The notes: generated from the sequence alone by a model not told the origin. Positions 7,829 through 17,681 are shown, counted from the stretch's first letter. The stretch: DNA of 48,463 nucleotides from Myxococcales bacterium (GCA_045863395.1 BTVJ01000057.1:1-48463); one strand, 5' to 3'. Program-made: numbers and translations.

Positions 7829-10390
7829 ATGAGGGCCACTCGGGTGCTGGTGCTGTTGGGGTTGGCGGTCGCGGGCTGCGGCGAGTCCCCGACCTTGCAG
7901 GGGTTGCCGAGCAACCCGCTCGACGTCGTCCTCGGCGACGGGGGCACCATCCCGGGGCTCGTCGGCAAGAAGCTCGGTGAGGCCTGCACCGGCACGGAGC
8001 CCTGCCGCCAGGGCCTCGCGTGCACCGACGGGAAGTGCGCGGCCCAGGGCGACACCAAGGAGGGCGGCCAGTGCTTCGCCTCCATCGAGTGCGCCGGCGG
8101 CCTGTTGTGCGGGCTGGAGCTGACGTGCGTCTCGGAAGGGGAGGGCGGCATCGGCGATGTGTGCTCGCTGCCCCAGGACTGCAAGAAGGAGCTGAGCTGC
8201 CAGATCATGGGCCTGGTCGGCCTGTGCAGCGAGGCGGGCACCAAGGACGTGACCCAGCCGTGCGCCGAGACGGCCGACTGCCTCGCGGGGATGATGTGCG
8301 ATCAGGTGTCGAAGCTGTGCAGCCCGCCGCTGCAGATCCTCGCAGAGGCGTCGAAGGCCATGGCGTGCCCCGCAGAGCCGGAGGGGACCGGACCCATCGC
8401 GTGGTTCCGGGTCCCGCGCGCCGGAGCGGACGTCGACGAGTTCTACACGCTCCCGTTCCCCAACGACGTCCGCGTGAAGGGCGGGCGCGTCGACCTGTCC
8501 GGTCACCCGACGCTGGAGCGGGGCCTGCTCGGCTACGACCTGGTGAAGCGCTTCGTCGACGCCATCGAGGACGAGCTCGGTGGCTTCTCCACGGTTGGCA
8601 GTGCCATCTTCCGCGTGTCACGGCCCCTGACCTTCGGGTCCCTGGTGGCTGGCAAGGGGCCCGCTGACACCATGCTCCTCGTCGACATCACCCCCGGATC
8701 GCCCGACTACGGGACCCGCATGCCGGTGAGCTGGAGCGCCGTGTCAGGCAAGGGCAGCGGCGGGAGCTACGTGTGCGACAACTGGATCGCGCTTCGCACG
8801 CTGTGGGTCCGGCCCCTGCGACAGGGCAACACCTACGCCGCGGTGCTCCGCAAGGGCATCGAGGCCGACGATGGCACGGCGTTCGAGCCGGACGCCGACT
8901 TCGGCGTCGTGACGGGCTCGACCAAGCCGTCCGACGGGACGCTGGCAGCGGCATGGGGCGCCTACGCTCCCCTGCGCGCCTGGGCTGCAGACGGCGCCCT
9001 GTCGCCCTGCGCGTCCCAGGAGTCCGGGCCCTGCCGCATGGACACGAAGGACATGCTCTCTGCGGCCGTCTTCACCACCGCCCGCGCGGACGCCGAGGTG
9101 CAGAAGCTCCGGGACGCCGTGGAGGCCGCTCCTGCGCCGACCATCAGCGGCGCCGTCCTGTGTGACGGCTCCACCAAGTCGCCGTGCGACGATGGGCTGA
9201 GTGGCGACGAGCACCAGCGGGGGTGCATCGGCACCGACGCGCGCTACCACGAGATCCAGGGGCGGTTCACGGCGCCCATCTGGCAGAAGGGCAAGCGCCC
9301 GTACCTGGACCCGGCGGACGGTGGCGGCCTCGCCTTTGACGGGGCGGGCAAGCCCCAGAGCCAGGGCACGGAGGAGATCTGCTTCTCGCTGAGCGTGCCG
9401 AAGGGGGTGCCCATGCCCGAGGGCGGGTGGCCGGTGGTGCTCTACGGCCACGGGACGGGCGGCACCTACCGCTCGCCGATGGCCAACGGCTTCGCCGGGG
9501 AGGTCGCGAAGATCGACGTCGCCGGGACCCAGGTGGGGGTCGCCGTGCTCTCCTTCGACCAGGCGATGCACGGGCCCCGGCGCGGCGACACCAAGCTCGG
9601 GCCCGACGTGCTCTTCTTCAACTTCGCGAACCCCAAGGCGGCCAAGGGCAACGCGCTCCAGAGCGTCGCGGACTGGTTCCGAGTCGAGCGCCTCGCCCGG
9701 ACGCTGGACCTGGGTGACGCGCTCACCGGCTCTCCGGTCCTCCTGGATCCCGAGCGCATCTTCCTGACGTCCCACTCCCAGGGCTCCACGTCGGCGCCGG
9801 CCTTCATGGCCCACTCGGTGCGGACGAAGCTCGGCATCTTCAGCGGGGCCGGCGGGGGCCTGATCCTGTCGCTGCTGTCGAAGACCAGCCCGGTGGACAT
9901 CCCGTCGGCCATCGGCTTCGTGCTGGCCGACGTGGACGGCGCTGGCAAGAGCCGCGTGGGAGAGCACCACCCGGTGCTGAACCTGGTGCAGCACTACTTC
10001 GAGGAGATCGAGCCGCTCGCGTTTGCGCCATCAGTCTTCTTCGAGCCCCCGCCAGGTGTCCCGCCCAAGCACGTGCTGCACGTCTGGGGCTTCGGCGACA
10101 CCTACGTCACCGACGCGACGGCGAAGTCCTTCGCGGCCGCCATGCGGGCCGTCCAGGCGACGCCCTACGAGGGGAAGATCGGCGGGACCAACGCCAAGGA
10201 TCCGCCGTTCTCCAAGACCTGGGTCGCGGACAATGCGTGGGTGACGGGCGCGGTGACGGACCACGCGCCCGACGGGGACTATGACGGGCACTTCGTGCTG
10301 ATGCGGAACAAGGACGCCATCCGGCAGGCGGTGCAGTTCATCGGGACGGCGCTGACCGCCGCCGACGGGATCCCCACCGTCGTCCCCTGA
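7829..10390 (+). CDS. Lipoprotein with N-terminal Cys-rich repeats and C-terminal alpha/beta hydrolase (lipase-like)
   Basis: GGAGG SD; lipobox VAGC; four Cys-rich modules; PFPND, WPVVLYGHGTGG, SHSQG nucleophile elbow, GH near the C-terminus. Confidence 0.8.
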   Translation: MRATRVLVLLGLAVAGCGESPTLQGLPSNPLDVVLGDGGTIPGLVGKKLGEACTGTEPCRQGLACTDGKCAAQGDTKEGGQCFASIECAGGLLCGLELTCVSEGEGGIGDVCSLPQDCKKELSCQIMGLVGLCSEAGTKDVTQPCAETADCLAGMMCDQVSKLCSPPLQILAEASKAMACPAEPEGTGPIAWFRVPRAGADVDEFYTLPFPNDVRVKGGRVDLSGHPTLERGLLGYDLVKRFVDAIEDELGGFSTVGSAIFRVSRPLTFGSLVAGKGPADTMLLVDITPGSPDYGTRMPVSWSAVSGKGSGGSYVCDNWIALRTLWVRPLRQGNTYAAVLRKGIEADDGTAFEPDADFGVVTGSTKPSDGTLAAAWGAYAPLRAWAADGALSPCASQESGPCRMDTKDMLSAAVFTTARADAEVQKLRDAVEAAPAPTISGAVLCDGSTKSPCDDGLSGDEHQRGCIGTDARYHEIQGRFTAPIWQKGKRPYLDPADGGGLAFDGAGKPQSQGTEEICFSLSVPKGVPMPEGGWPVVLYGHGTGGTYRSPMANGFAGEVAKIDVAGTQVGVAVLSFDQAMHGPRRGDTKLGPDVLFFNFANPKAAKGNALQSVADWFRVERLARTLDLGDALTGSPVLLDPERIFLTSHSQGSTSAPAFMAHSVRTKLGIFSGAGGGLILSLLSKTSPVDIPSAIGFVLADVDGAGKSRVGEHHPVLNLVQHYFEEIEPLAFAPSVFFEPPPGVPPKHVLHVWGFGDTYVTDATAKSFAAAMRAVQATPYEGKIGGTNAKDPPFSKTWVADNAWVTGAVTDHAPDGDYDGHFVLMRNKDAIRQAVQFIGTALTAADGIPTVVP

Positions 10391-10741
10391 TCACTCGCCG
10401 ATGAGGCTCCCGACGGTCAGGCCCCGGCGCGACGGCGCCGACCTCGCGGTCGGGGAGCCCGGCGGGGCCTTGGCGCCGATGGGCGGGGCTGCACCCACCT
10501 CGCCGAGCTGGGAGGCGTGGCTACCCGCGAAGTGGACGTCCTGCCGGGGGTCGAAGCGGCGCAGGGTGGCCGTCAGCTCCGCGACGTGCTCCTTCTCTTC
10601 ATCCATCAAGTGCAGCATGAGCTGCTTGACCACCGGCTCGTCCGCCAGGTCGGCGAGCTCCGCGTAGTGGTTGATGGTCTCCAGCTCACGCACGAGGGCG
10701 AGGCGGATCGCGCGCAGCGTGCGCTCGGTCGCCTCCGCCAT
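10391..10741 (-). CDS. Ferritin-like encapsulin cargo protein (Flp; EncB/C/D-like), 116 aa
   Basis: ATG overlaps the encapsulin stop (TGATG); ELETINHY...DEEKEH ferroxidase-like motifs; C-terminal LTVGSL targeting peptide. Confidence 0.92.
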   Translation of the reverse strand: MAEATERTLRAIRLALVRELETINHYAELADLADEPVVKQLMLHLMDEEKEHVAELTATLRRFDPRQDVHFAGSHASQLGEVGAAPPIGAKAPPGSPTARSAPSRRGLTVGSLIGE

Positions 10742-11592
10742 CACGCGCCAGCCTCGATGGTGCAGATGGCGCCGGGGCGCTTCAGGCGGAGGACCAGGCT
10801 CTCGAACACCCGGAACGGGTGGTTCATGCGCTCGGCCCCGAGGTACGCGGTCACGAGATCCTGGGCGATGGCGAGGTCGAAGTTCTGGATGCCGACGGAC
10901 AGCACGATGGCCGTGTTTCCTCGAAGGGCCGGGGTCTGGAACACGCCGGCGCCCGCCAGCTCGCGGACGTGGTTGATCTCGAGGACGCCCGAGCTGGCGT
11001 AGACGCGGTGCAGGCTCGCGTACCACAGCGGGCTCAGGACCACGGCGTAGGGGCCGAAGAAGCCCGCGGACAGGAGCATGGCGCGGGCGTCGACCACGTC
11101 CAGGTAGCCGTTGCCCGCCTCCGTCCAGTCCCGCGCCTTGACTTGGTTTCGCCCCTTGGCGGTGGCGAGGCCGTCGTAGCCGCAGGTCGAGTCGCCGTTG
11201 AAGATGATGTCGTCCTCCTTCTGCGCCACGATGGAGGCAGCGGCAGCGGCGGCGGACACGTCGAGGGGCGACCCGAGCTGGCGCGCGGTCTCGAGGTCGC
11301 GCCAGTAGAGCATGAAGTCCTTGTAGACCAGGGGGATGTTCTCGTGGATGCGCTTCTCTGCCCTGACGAAGCTCGTCTCGGTCTCGCCGAAGACCTCGAC
11401 CTGCGCGGCTCCCGTTCCCGTGAACGTGTCGTAGTCCACGTCCTGGACACCGGCGCCGAGGGGGCCGAAGACGTGGAGGAAGCGGCGCCCGACCAGCATG
11501 CGCCGCGCGACGCCTACGACGGTCTCGTCCAGGTGAGCCCAGTCGTCGGACGAGAGCGGGGCCTCTTCGCGGTTGAGGTATCTGGCTTCCAT
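10741..11592 (-). CDS. encA: Family 1 encapsulin shell protein (linocin M18 family)
   Basis: YLNREEAPL...W..LDETVV..ARR.LVGRRFL..FGPLGAG; KDF.LYWRDLE; EDDIIFNG; GPYAVVLSP; FDLAIAQD. Confidence 0.95.
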   Translation of the reverse strand: MEARYLNREEAPLSSDDWAHLDETVVGVARRMLVGRRFLHVFGPLGAGVQDVDYDTFTGTGAAQVEVFGETETSFVRAEKRIHENIPLVYKDFMLYWRDLETARQLGSPLDVSAAAAAASIVAQKEDDIIFNGDSTCGYDGLATAKGRNQVKARDWTEAGNGYLDVVDARAMLLSAGFFGPYAVVLSPLWYASLHRVYASSGVLEINHVRELAGAGVFQTPALRGNTAIVLSVGIQNFDLAIAQDLVTAYLGAERMNHPFRVFESLVLRLKRPGAICTIEAGA

Positions 11593-11634
11593 GGCTCGTG
11601 AACTCCTGCGTGGCAGTGGTGGGTCCGTCCGGCG

Positions 11635-11664
11635 ACGCTAAGCGACCATGCGCGCGGTTGTCAA
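11635..11664 (-). promoter_or_regulatory. Putative sigma70 promoter of the encapsulin operon
   Basis: Minus strand TTGACA-N18-TAGCGT, upstream of the AGGAG SD of encA. Confidence 0.55.
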
Positions 11665-11680
11665 CGCGGGCGGGCCCAGG

Positions 11681-12064
11681 TCAGTGGATTGCATAGAGCT
11701 GCGCCAGCGTGAAGAACGGGATCTCCACGTCGAAGTGCTCGCCGGTGGCGTCGACCATCTGGTAGCTGCCGCGCATGGACCCGATCTGGGTCGGCAGGGG
11801 GCAGAAGCTCGTGTAGCGGAAGCTCTCCCCGGGCTGGAGGATCGGCTGCTGGCCTACCACGCCGGGCCCGCGGACCTCTTCGGTTCGGCCGTCCGCGTCG
11901 GCGATGATCCAGTGACGCGTCAGGAGCTGGATGGCGTCCGGCCTCTGGTTGGTGATGGTCACCGTGTACGTGAAGAAATAGATGCCCTCATCCGGTTCGG
12001 AGCGAGACGGCACGTATTGGCTTCGCACGTGGACTCGAACGCCCGCGGTCGTCTTCTCGCTCAT
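11681..12064 (-). CDS. apaG: ApaG family protein
   Basis: YFFTYTVTITN, QLLTRHWII, VRGPGVVGQQP, YTSFCPLPT..GSMRGSY; start at ATG 12064. Confidence 0.95.
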   Translation of the reverse strand: MSEKTTAGVRVHVRSQYVPSRSEPDEGIYFFTYTVTITNQRPDAIQLLTRHWIIADADGRTEEVRGPGVVGQQPILQPGESFRYTSFCPLPTQIGSMRGSYQMVDATGEHFDVEIPFFTLAQLYAIH

Positions 12065-12257
12065 CCTGTCGGCACCTCCGGAGGCGGCCTCCGATCCTGT
12101 GGGAGAGCCCCGTGCTACCACCCCCTCGCGCTCGGGGTCAAGTGGGCGCCAGGACAGCGCCAGGGCAGCCGCGGGTCAGGTGCGCGGGGGACCCGGCTCC
12201 CCGAGGACGTTCCGCCAGCGGCCCAAGCCTCCCTCCCTGGCCGTGTCCCGGATTCCC

Positions 12258-12287
12258 TTGACGCGGCGGTGGGCGCGTCGGTAGATT
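12258..12287 (+). promoter_or_regulatory. Putative promoter of the ctaB/oxidase-assembly operon
   Basis: TTGACG-N18-TAGATT, divergent from apaG. Confidence 0.5.
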
Positions 12288-12332
12288 CCGCCAACGGTCG
12301 GGCGTGGCCCGCCGCGAAACCCCTCGGATGCC

Positions 12333-12833
12333 ATGACGAACCTCGACGCCCCCAAGGCGCACGCTGCGCGGCGGCGCACCCGAGCCGCGCTGATAGTCGT
12401 GGCATCCATGGCAGCGCTGGTCGGCGTCGGCCTGGTCATCGTCAGCCGCTACGAGGCCTCCGAGCGGGCCGTCGCGCAGGGGGTGGAGGAGCTGGGGGAG
12501 CGGGGGCGAACGCTGGACGCCGAGGGGTGCGTCGACGCGGTGCTCGACTGGAGCGACCGCTGCGCTGGAATGAAGAGCCTCTGTGACGCCTCCGTACCGC
12601 GAGTGATGGGGGCCTGCCTGGCCGCCCAGGACCGCCGCGCCTGGTGCGCGAGCCTCGGGGATCGCACCTCCGACACCCACTTCGGGTACAGGGAGTGCGC
12701 CGAGCGGGGGGTCAAGGGCGCCGCCAAGAAGAAGTGCGCGATGACCTATCGGGCCATCGACAGCTACTGCAAGCAGCCGAGCGCTGCGGGCACGGCCGAC
12801 GCCGTGGGGCCCGCTCGCCCGTGGAAGGAGTGA
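12333..12833 (+). CDS. Membrane-anchored hypothetical protein with eight Cys
   Basis: Single N-terminal TM helix; eight Cys; stop overlaps the ctaB start (TGATG). Confidence 0.75.
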   Translation: MTNLDAPKAHAARRRTRAALIVVASMAALVGVGLVIVSRYEASERAVAQGVEELGERGRTLDAEGCVDAVLDWSDRCAGMKSLCDASVPRVMGACLAAQDRRAWCASLGDRTSDTHFGYRECAERGVKGAAKKKCAMTYRAIDSYCKQPSAAGTADAVGPARPWKE

Positions 12834-13708
12834 TGAAGGAGACCTCGACACCCTCGCCCGTGCAGGACCTGGTCGCGCTGACCAAGCCGTCGGTCACCTG
12901 GCTGACGATCATCATGGCGGCCGGCGGCATCTGGCTGGCGCCCGGCTCCCTGGAGGCCGGCGTCGCCCTGTGGACGCTCCTGGGCACCGCGCTCGCCGTC
13001 GGCTCCGCGAACGCGCTGAACATGGTGCTGGAGCGGCACACCGATGCGCTGATGCACCGGACCCGCCGCCGGCCCCTGCCGGACGGGCGCCTGTCCACCG
13101 GCGCCGCGCTCGCGTTCGGCCTCGCCATCGGGCTCGCGTCCATGGTGCTCCTGGGCGCCCTGGTCAACCTGCTGACGGCGGCGCTCGGCGGCTTCGCGCT
13201 GCTCAGCTACGTGCTGGTCTACACTCCGCTCAAGCGCCGCACGCCCCTCGCCCTGCTCATCGGGGCGGTCCCGGGGGCCATGCCGCCGCTCATGGGGTGG
13301 ACGGCCGTGACCGGCGCCATCGACGTCCCCGGGCTGGTGCTCTTCGCCATCCTGCTGGTGTGGCAGCTCCCCCACTTCCTCGCTATCGCCCTCTACAACA
13401 AGGCGGACTATGCCCGCGCGGGCATCCAGGTGGTGCCGGTGGTGCGCGGCGACCGGGTGGCGACCCTGCAGGCCCTCGCCTATGCGACGGCGCTGGTGCC
13501 GCTGACGGTCCTCCTCGTGCCCCTCGGCGTGGCGGGGTGGCTCTACGGCGCCGTCGCCCTCGCCCTCGGGCTGTGGTTCCTCGTCGTCGGCCTCGGCGGG
13601 CTGCGGCCCGACGCCGGCGTCCAGTGGGCGCGGCGCTTCTTCCGCGCCTCCATCATCTACCTGCCCGCGCTGATGGCGGCCCTGTCCCTGGACGTGGTGC
13701 TCCGTTGA
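12833..13708 (+). CDS. ctaB: Protoheme IX farnesyltransferase (heme O synthase)
   Basis: LTKP, NM..ERHTDALM.RT..RPLP.GR, YTPLKR, GAMPPLMGW, WQLPHF; ATG at 12833. Confidence 0.95.
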   Translation: MKETSTPSPVQDLVALTKPSVTWLTIIMAAGGIWLAPGSLEAGVALWTLLGTALAVGSANALNMVLERHTDALMHRTRRRPLPDGRLSTGAALAFGLAIGLASMVLLGALVNLLTAALGGFALLSYVLVYTPLKRRTPLALLIGAVPGAMPPLMGWTAVTGAIDVPGLVLFAILLVWQLPHFLAIALYNKADYARAGIQVVPVVRGDRVATLQALAYATALVPLTVLLVPLGVAGWLYGAVALALGLWFLVVGLGGLRPDAGVQWARRFFRASIIYLPALMAALSLDVVLR

Positions 13709-14649
13709 CCCCCGCGCTCCCCGCGGAGCGACTGCGCGTCTCCAACCTCGTCCATCGCTTCGGTGACCGCTCCGTGCTCGACGGGCTCTCCTTCGACGTG
13801 GGGCAGGGCGAGGTGGTCGGGCTGCTCGGTCCCAACGGGAGCGGCAAGTCCACCGCGCTGTCCGTGCTGTGCGGCCTCGAGCCGCAGCAAGGGGGGGCGC
13901 TCCACTTCGAGGGCGAGCCCGTGCGCGGTGGGGACCGCCGCCTGCGCGCCGCCACCGGAGTGGTGTTCCAGAGCCCTAGCCTGGACGACAAGCTGACCGC
14001 GCGACAGAACCTGCACCTCGCCGCGACCCTGCGCGCCATGCCGGAGGCGAGCGTGGCAGTGGATCGAGAGCTCGCGAGGGCGGGCCTCGCGGGCCGCGCC
14101 GACGAGGCGGTGGGGCGGTACTCCGGCGGCATGAGGCGCCGCCTCGACATCGCCCGCGCGCTGCTGCACGGCCCGTCCCTGATGCTGCTCGACGAGCCGA
14201 CGGCGGGCCTGGACGAGGGCGCCTTCCGCGCCACCTGGGAGCACCTGGAGGGCGCGCGCCAGCGGGGCGTCTCCATCCTGGTGAGCACGCACCGGCCCGA
14301 GGAGGCGGAGCGCTGTGACCGCGTCGTCGTCCTGGCGAGGGGGCGCGCCGCGATCATCGCGACGCCCGCAGAGCTGCGGGGGCGCCTCGCCGACGATCTC
14401 ATCGTGCTCCAGGGGGGAGACCTCAGTGAGCTGGCTGTGCTCCTCCACGAGCGCCTGGGCCTCGATGGGCTGGTGGACGGCGCAGAGCTTCACATCCAAT
14501 GCCGCCGAGGGCACGAGCTCGTCCCCCGCATCGTGGAGGCGCTCCCTCCTGGGCGCCTCACCTCGGTCGCGCTTCGCCGCCCGAGCCTCGCTGACGCCTT
14601 CCTGGACTTGACCGGCGCGTCCCTTGACGCCGACGCCGAGGCACCGTGA
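13705..14649 (+). CDS. ABC transporter ATP-binding protein (DrrA/NodI-like)
   Basis: GPNGSGKS, YSGGMRRR, LLDEP, STH; TTG start overlapping the ctaB stop. Confidence 0.9.
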   Translation: MTPALPAERLRVSNLVHRFGDRSVLDGLSFDVGQGEVVGLLGPNGSGKSTALSVLCGLEPQQGGALHFEGEPVRGGDRRLRAATGVVFQSPSLDDKLTARQNLHLAATLRAMPEASVAVDRELARAGLAGRADEAVGRYSGGMRRRLDIARALLHGPSLMLLDEPTAGLDEGAFRATWEHLEGARQRGVSILVSTHRPEEAERCDRVVVLARGRAAIIATPAELRGRLADDLIVLQGGDLSELAVLLHERLGLDGLVDGAELHIQCRRGHELVPRIVEALPPGRLTSVALRRPSLADAFLDLTGASLDADAEAP

Positions 14650-15416
14650 GCGCAACCGCCCGCACGCTGCCGTGGGAGCTCGGCACCGTCGCCGCGCTCT
14701 GGCGCCGCGACCTGCTGCGCCTGTTCCGCGAGCGCTCCCGCTGGTTGGGGGTCGTCCTCCAGCCGCTGCTCTTCTGGGTGGTCATCGGGACGGGCATGGA
14801 CGGGGTGTTCCAGCTCCCGGGCGCAGACGGCACGTCCTACCGCGCCTGGTTCTTCCCCGGCATCCTGATGATGATCGTGCTGTTCACGACCATCTTCGCG
14901 ACCATGTCCGTCATCGAGGACCGGCAGACCGGCTTCCTGCAGCAGGTGCTCGTTGCGCCCGGGTCCCGCCTCGCGCTCGTGCTCGGAAAGGTGGCGGGCG
15001 TCACGACCATGGCGCTGATCCAGGCGGCCCTGTTCCTGCCTCTGGCCCCGTTGGCCGGCTTCTCGCTCGCCTCCATCGCCTGGCCGTCGCTGCTCGCGGT
15101 GATCGTCGTGTCCTGCGTCGGGCTCACCGCCGTCAACCTGTCCATGGCGTGGGTCCTCTCCTCCACGCAGGGCTACCACGCGGTCATGAGCGTCGTGCTC
15201 ATCCCGCTCTGGATCCTCTCGGGGGCCATGTTCCCGGGCGACGGCACCTGGATCGAGGCGGTCATGCGAGTGAACCCTCTGGCCTACGCGGTGGGGGGCG
15301 CGCGCGCGGCCCTCGGGGGCGGTGGCGTTGGCTTCGAGCTCCTGGTCCTCGCGGCGTTTGCCGTAGGCGCCCTCGCCCTGGCGGCGCGCACCTGCTCCCG
15401 AGGGGGACGGCGATGA
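14646..15416 (+). CDS. ABC-2 type permease
   Basis: About six TM segments; FFPG, EDRQTGFLQQVLVAP, LSGAMFP, NPLAY. Confidence 0.9.
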   Translation: MSATARTLPWELGTVAALWRRDLLRLFRERSRWLGVVLQPLLFWVVIGTGMDGVFQLPGADGTSYRAWFFPGILMMIVLFTTIFATMSVIEDRQTGFLQQVLVAPGSRLALVLGKVAGVTTMALIQAALFLPLAPLAGFSLASIAWPSLLAVIVVSCVGLTAVNLSMAWVLSSTQGYHAVMSVVLIPLWILSGAMFPGDGTWIEAVMRVNPLAYAVGGARAALGGGGVGFELLVLAAFAVGALALAARTCSRGGRR

Positions 15417-16030
15417 CCGAGCCCAAGCCGGGCCTCCTCCGAAGTCCCTGGTTCTGGGCGGCCGTGATCGGCGTGGTCACCGTCCCGCTCCTGCGCCCGC
15501 TGACCCGCCACATCCCCGACCCGCCGCCCATCACGGGGCGCATCCAGCCCTTCGAGCTGGTGGACCAGGACGGCGCTCCGTTCGGGTCGGTGCAGCTCGC
15601 GGGTCGGGTGTGGGTGGGCCTCGCCTTCTTCGCGAGCTGCCAGACCGTGTGCCCGCCGCTGCTGGAGGCGGCGAAGGAGATCCACGACAAGTGGGCGGGC
15701 GCGGGCATGGACGTGACCCTGGTCGCCGTGACGGTCGACCCCATCAATGATACGCCGGCGCGCCTGCGCGACGTGGCGCAGAAGTACGGGGCGACGCCCG
15801 GCCGCTGGGTGTTCCTCACGGGCGACGAGGGGGCGGTCCGGCGCCTGGTGGTCGAGGGCTTCGGCTCCGTCATGGAGGGTGCGGGGAACATGGTGGACAT
15901 CGCCCACTCGACCCGCTTCGTCCTGGTCGACCAGCGGGGCAACATCCGCGGCACCTATGGCTCCGACGAGCTGGGAAGGGACGAGGTGCTCCACCGGGCA
16001 GGGCACGTCCTGCGGGAGCACGAGCGGTGA
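15413..16030 (+). CDS. SCO family copper chaperone
   Basis: FELVDQDG, CQTVC (CxxxC), VTVDP..D, HSTRFVLVD. Confidence 0.9.
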   Translation: MTEPKPGLLRSPWFWAAVIGVVTVPLLRPLTRHIPDPPPITGRIQPFELVDQDGAPFGSVQLAGRVWVGLAFFASCQTVCPPLLEAAKEIHDKWAGAGMDVTLVAVTVDPINDTPARLRDVAQKYGATPGRWVFLTGDEGAVRRLVVEGFGSVMEGAGNMVDIAHSTRFVLVDQRGNIRGTYGSDELGRDEVLHRAGHVLREHER

Positions 16031-17025
16031 CACGGACCCTGGCCGCGCGCGGGCCGGTCGCCCTGATCTCGCTGGTCTCCTTGGTCTCGCTGATCCCCCT
16101 CGTCGGGGGCCTCGCGGGCTGCAAGGAGAGCCGCTTCGATCGCCCGCTGGTCCTCGGGGGTGTCCTCGTCCAGCCCGAGGTGCTGGAGAAGGGGTGGCAG
16201 GTCTACCGGCGCATGTGCGTGGGGTGCCACGGGGAGGCGGGCGACGGGCACGGTGACGCCGCCAGCGAGCTGCGGCCGCCCCCGCGGGACCTCCGGAGCG
16301 GGCACTTCAAGTTCGCCTCCGTCCCTGCGGGCGAGCTGCCCACGGACGATGACCTCCGGCGCACGATCCGCCAGGGCCTCGCCGGCACCACCATGGCGCC
16401 CATGACGCGGCTCCCCGCCGACGAGGTGGACGCGGTCATCCAGTTCATCAAGACCCTGTCGCCCCGGTGGAGGTCCGGCTCCCCGGGCCTCCCAGTCCCC
16501 GCTCCACCCGACCCGTGGTCGGATCTCGCCGAGGCCGTCGCGCGAGGCCGCGCGGTGTATCACGGAGAGGGCCGCTGCTGGACCTGTCACCCGGCCTATG
16601 TGCCCCTCAGCGAGATTGCGGTCCTCCCTCACAGCACCCCCTCGGCGGAGACAATTCAGAGTCGTGATATCGCCTTTCGCGGTGACATTTCGCGGTCCAG
16701 AGCCGTCGAGACTGCTTTCGGAAAGGTGTTGCCTCCGGATTTTCTCGGTGATACAGTGCGCGCCGGCGACTCAGTGAAGAGCATCTTTCGTATTATTTCC
16801 GCTGGGATAGGCGGATCGGCGATGCCGGGAATGTACGAAGCGCTCTCCCCGGTGGACCGTTGGGCGGTGGCCCACTACGTCGGGCGCCTCATCCGCGCCA
16901 AGGGCACACCGGAGGCGGAGAGGCTTCGCGGCTCACGCCTCGACGAACCGTCTCCCCGTGCGCCGGCCCGCGGACCGGCGGGCGAGCCGGGCCACCACCC
17001 GGATGGCTCGGGCAAGACCAACTAA
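16027..17025 (+). CDS. Diheme c-type cytochrome lipoprotein
   Basis: Lipobox LAGC; CVGCH and CWTCH; PPPRDL; distal Met motifs GTTM and GSAMP. Confidence 0.85.
   Translation: MTRTLAARGPVALISLVSLVSLIPLVGGLAGCKESRFDRPLVLGGVLVQPEVLEKGWQVYRRMCVGCHGEAGDGHGDAASELRPPPRDLRSGHFKFASVPAGELPTDDDLRRTIRQGLAGTTMAPMTRLPADEVDAVIQFIKTLSPRWRSGSPGLPVPAPPDPWSDLAEAVARGRAVYHGEGRCWTCHPAYVPLSEIAVLPHSTPSAETIQSRDIAFRGDISRSRAVETAFGKVLPPDFLGDTVRAGDSVKSIFRIISAGIGGSAMPGMYEALSPVDRWAVAHYVGRLIRAKGTPEAERLRGSRLDEPSPRAPARGPAGEPGHHPDGSGKTN
16729..16757 (+). promoter_or_regulatory. Putative internal promoter for the act-cox operon inside the diheme cytochrome gene
   Basis: TTGCCT-N17-TACAGT within a visibly AT-richer stretch, about 280 nt before actA. 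Confidence 0.5.
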
Positions 17026-17037
17026 AGGGTAGGTACC

Positions 17038-17681
17038 GTGGCGGTCATCTTTCCTCGCTGGACGAATCGCATCCCCCTGGCCATCGGTGTCGGTGCGCCG
17101 GTGGTCCTGAGCGCGGTCGTCGGCGTGGTGTGGTACTGGTTCTCGCCGTACTACACGGACGTCGGCTACTCCCCCAAGCAGCCCGTGCCCTTCAGCCACA
17201 AGCTCCACGCGGGTGACCTGGGCCTGGACTGCCGCTACTGCCACAACACCGTGGAGCGGGGCGCCTACGCCGCCATCCCGCCGACGGCCACCTGCATGAA
17301 CTGCCATGCGCAGATCCTGCCGCTGAGCCCGAAGCTCGCCCCGGTCCGCGAGAGCTTCGCCTCTGGCGAGCCCGTCGAGTGGGTCCGGGTGCACATGCTG
17401 CCCGACTACGCCTACTTCAACCACAGCGTCCACCTCTCCGCCGGCGTCGGCTGCGTCGAGTGCCACGGGCGCGTAGATCAGATGAAGGAGGTCGAGCAGG
17501 TCCAGCCGTTGAGCATGGGGTGGTGTCTCGAGTGCCACAAGAACCCCGAGCCACGCCTGCGCCCGAAGGACCAGGTTACGAACATGGCGTGGAGCCGCGA
17601 GGAGGCGGGCCCCATCCCGTCCTTCGAGGAGGTTCACGGCCGCAAGCCCTCGCCACCCTTCCACTGCTCCGGGTGTCATCG

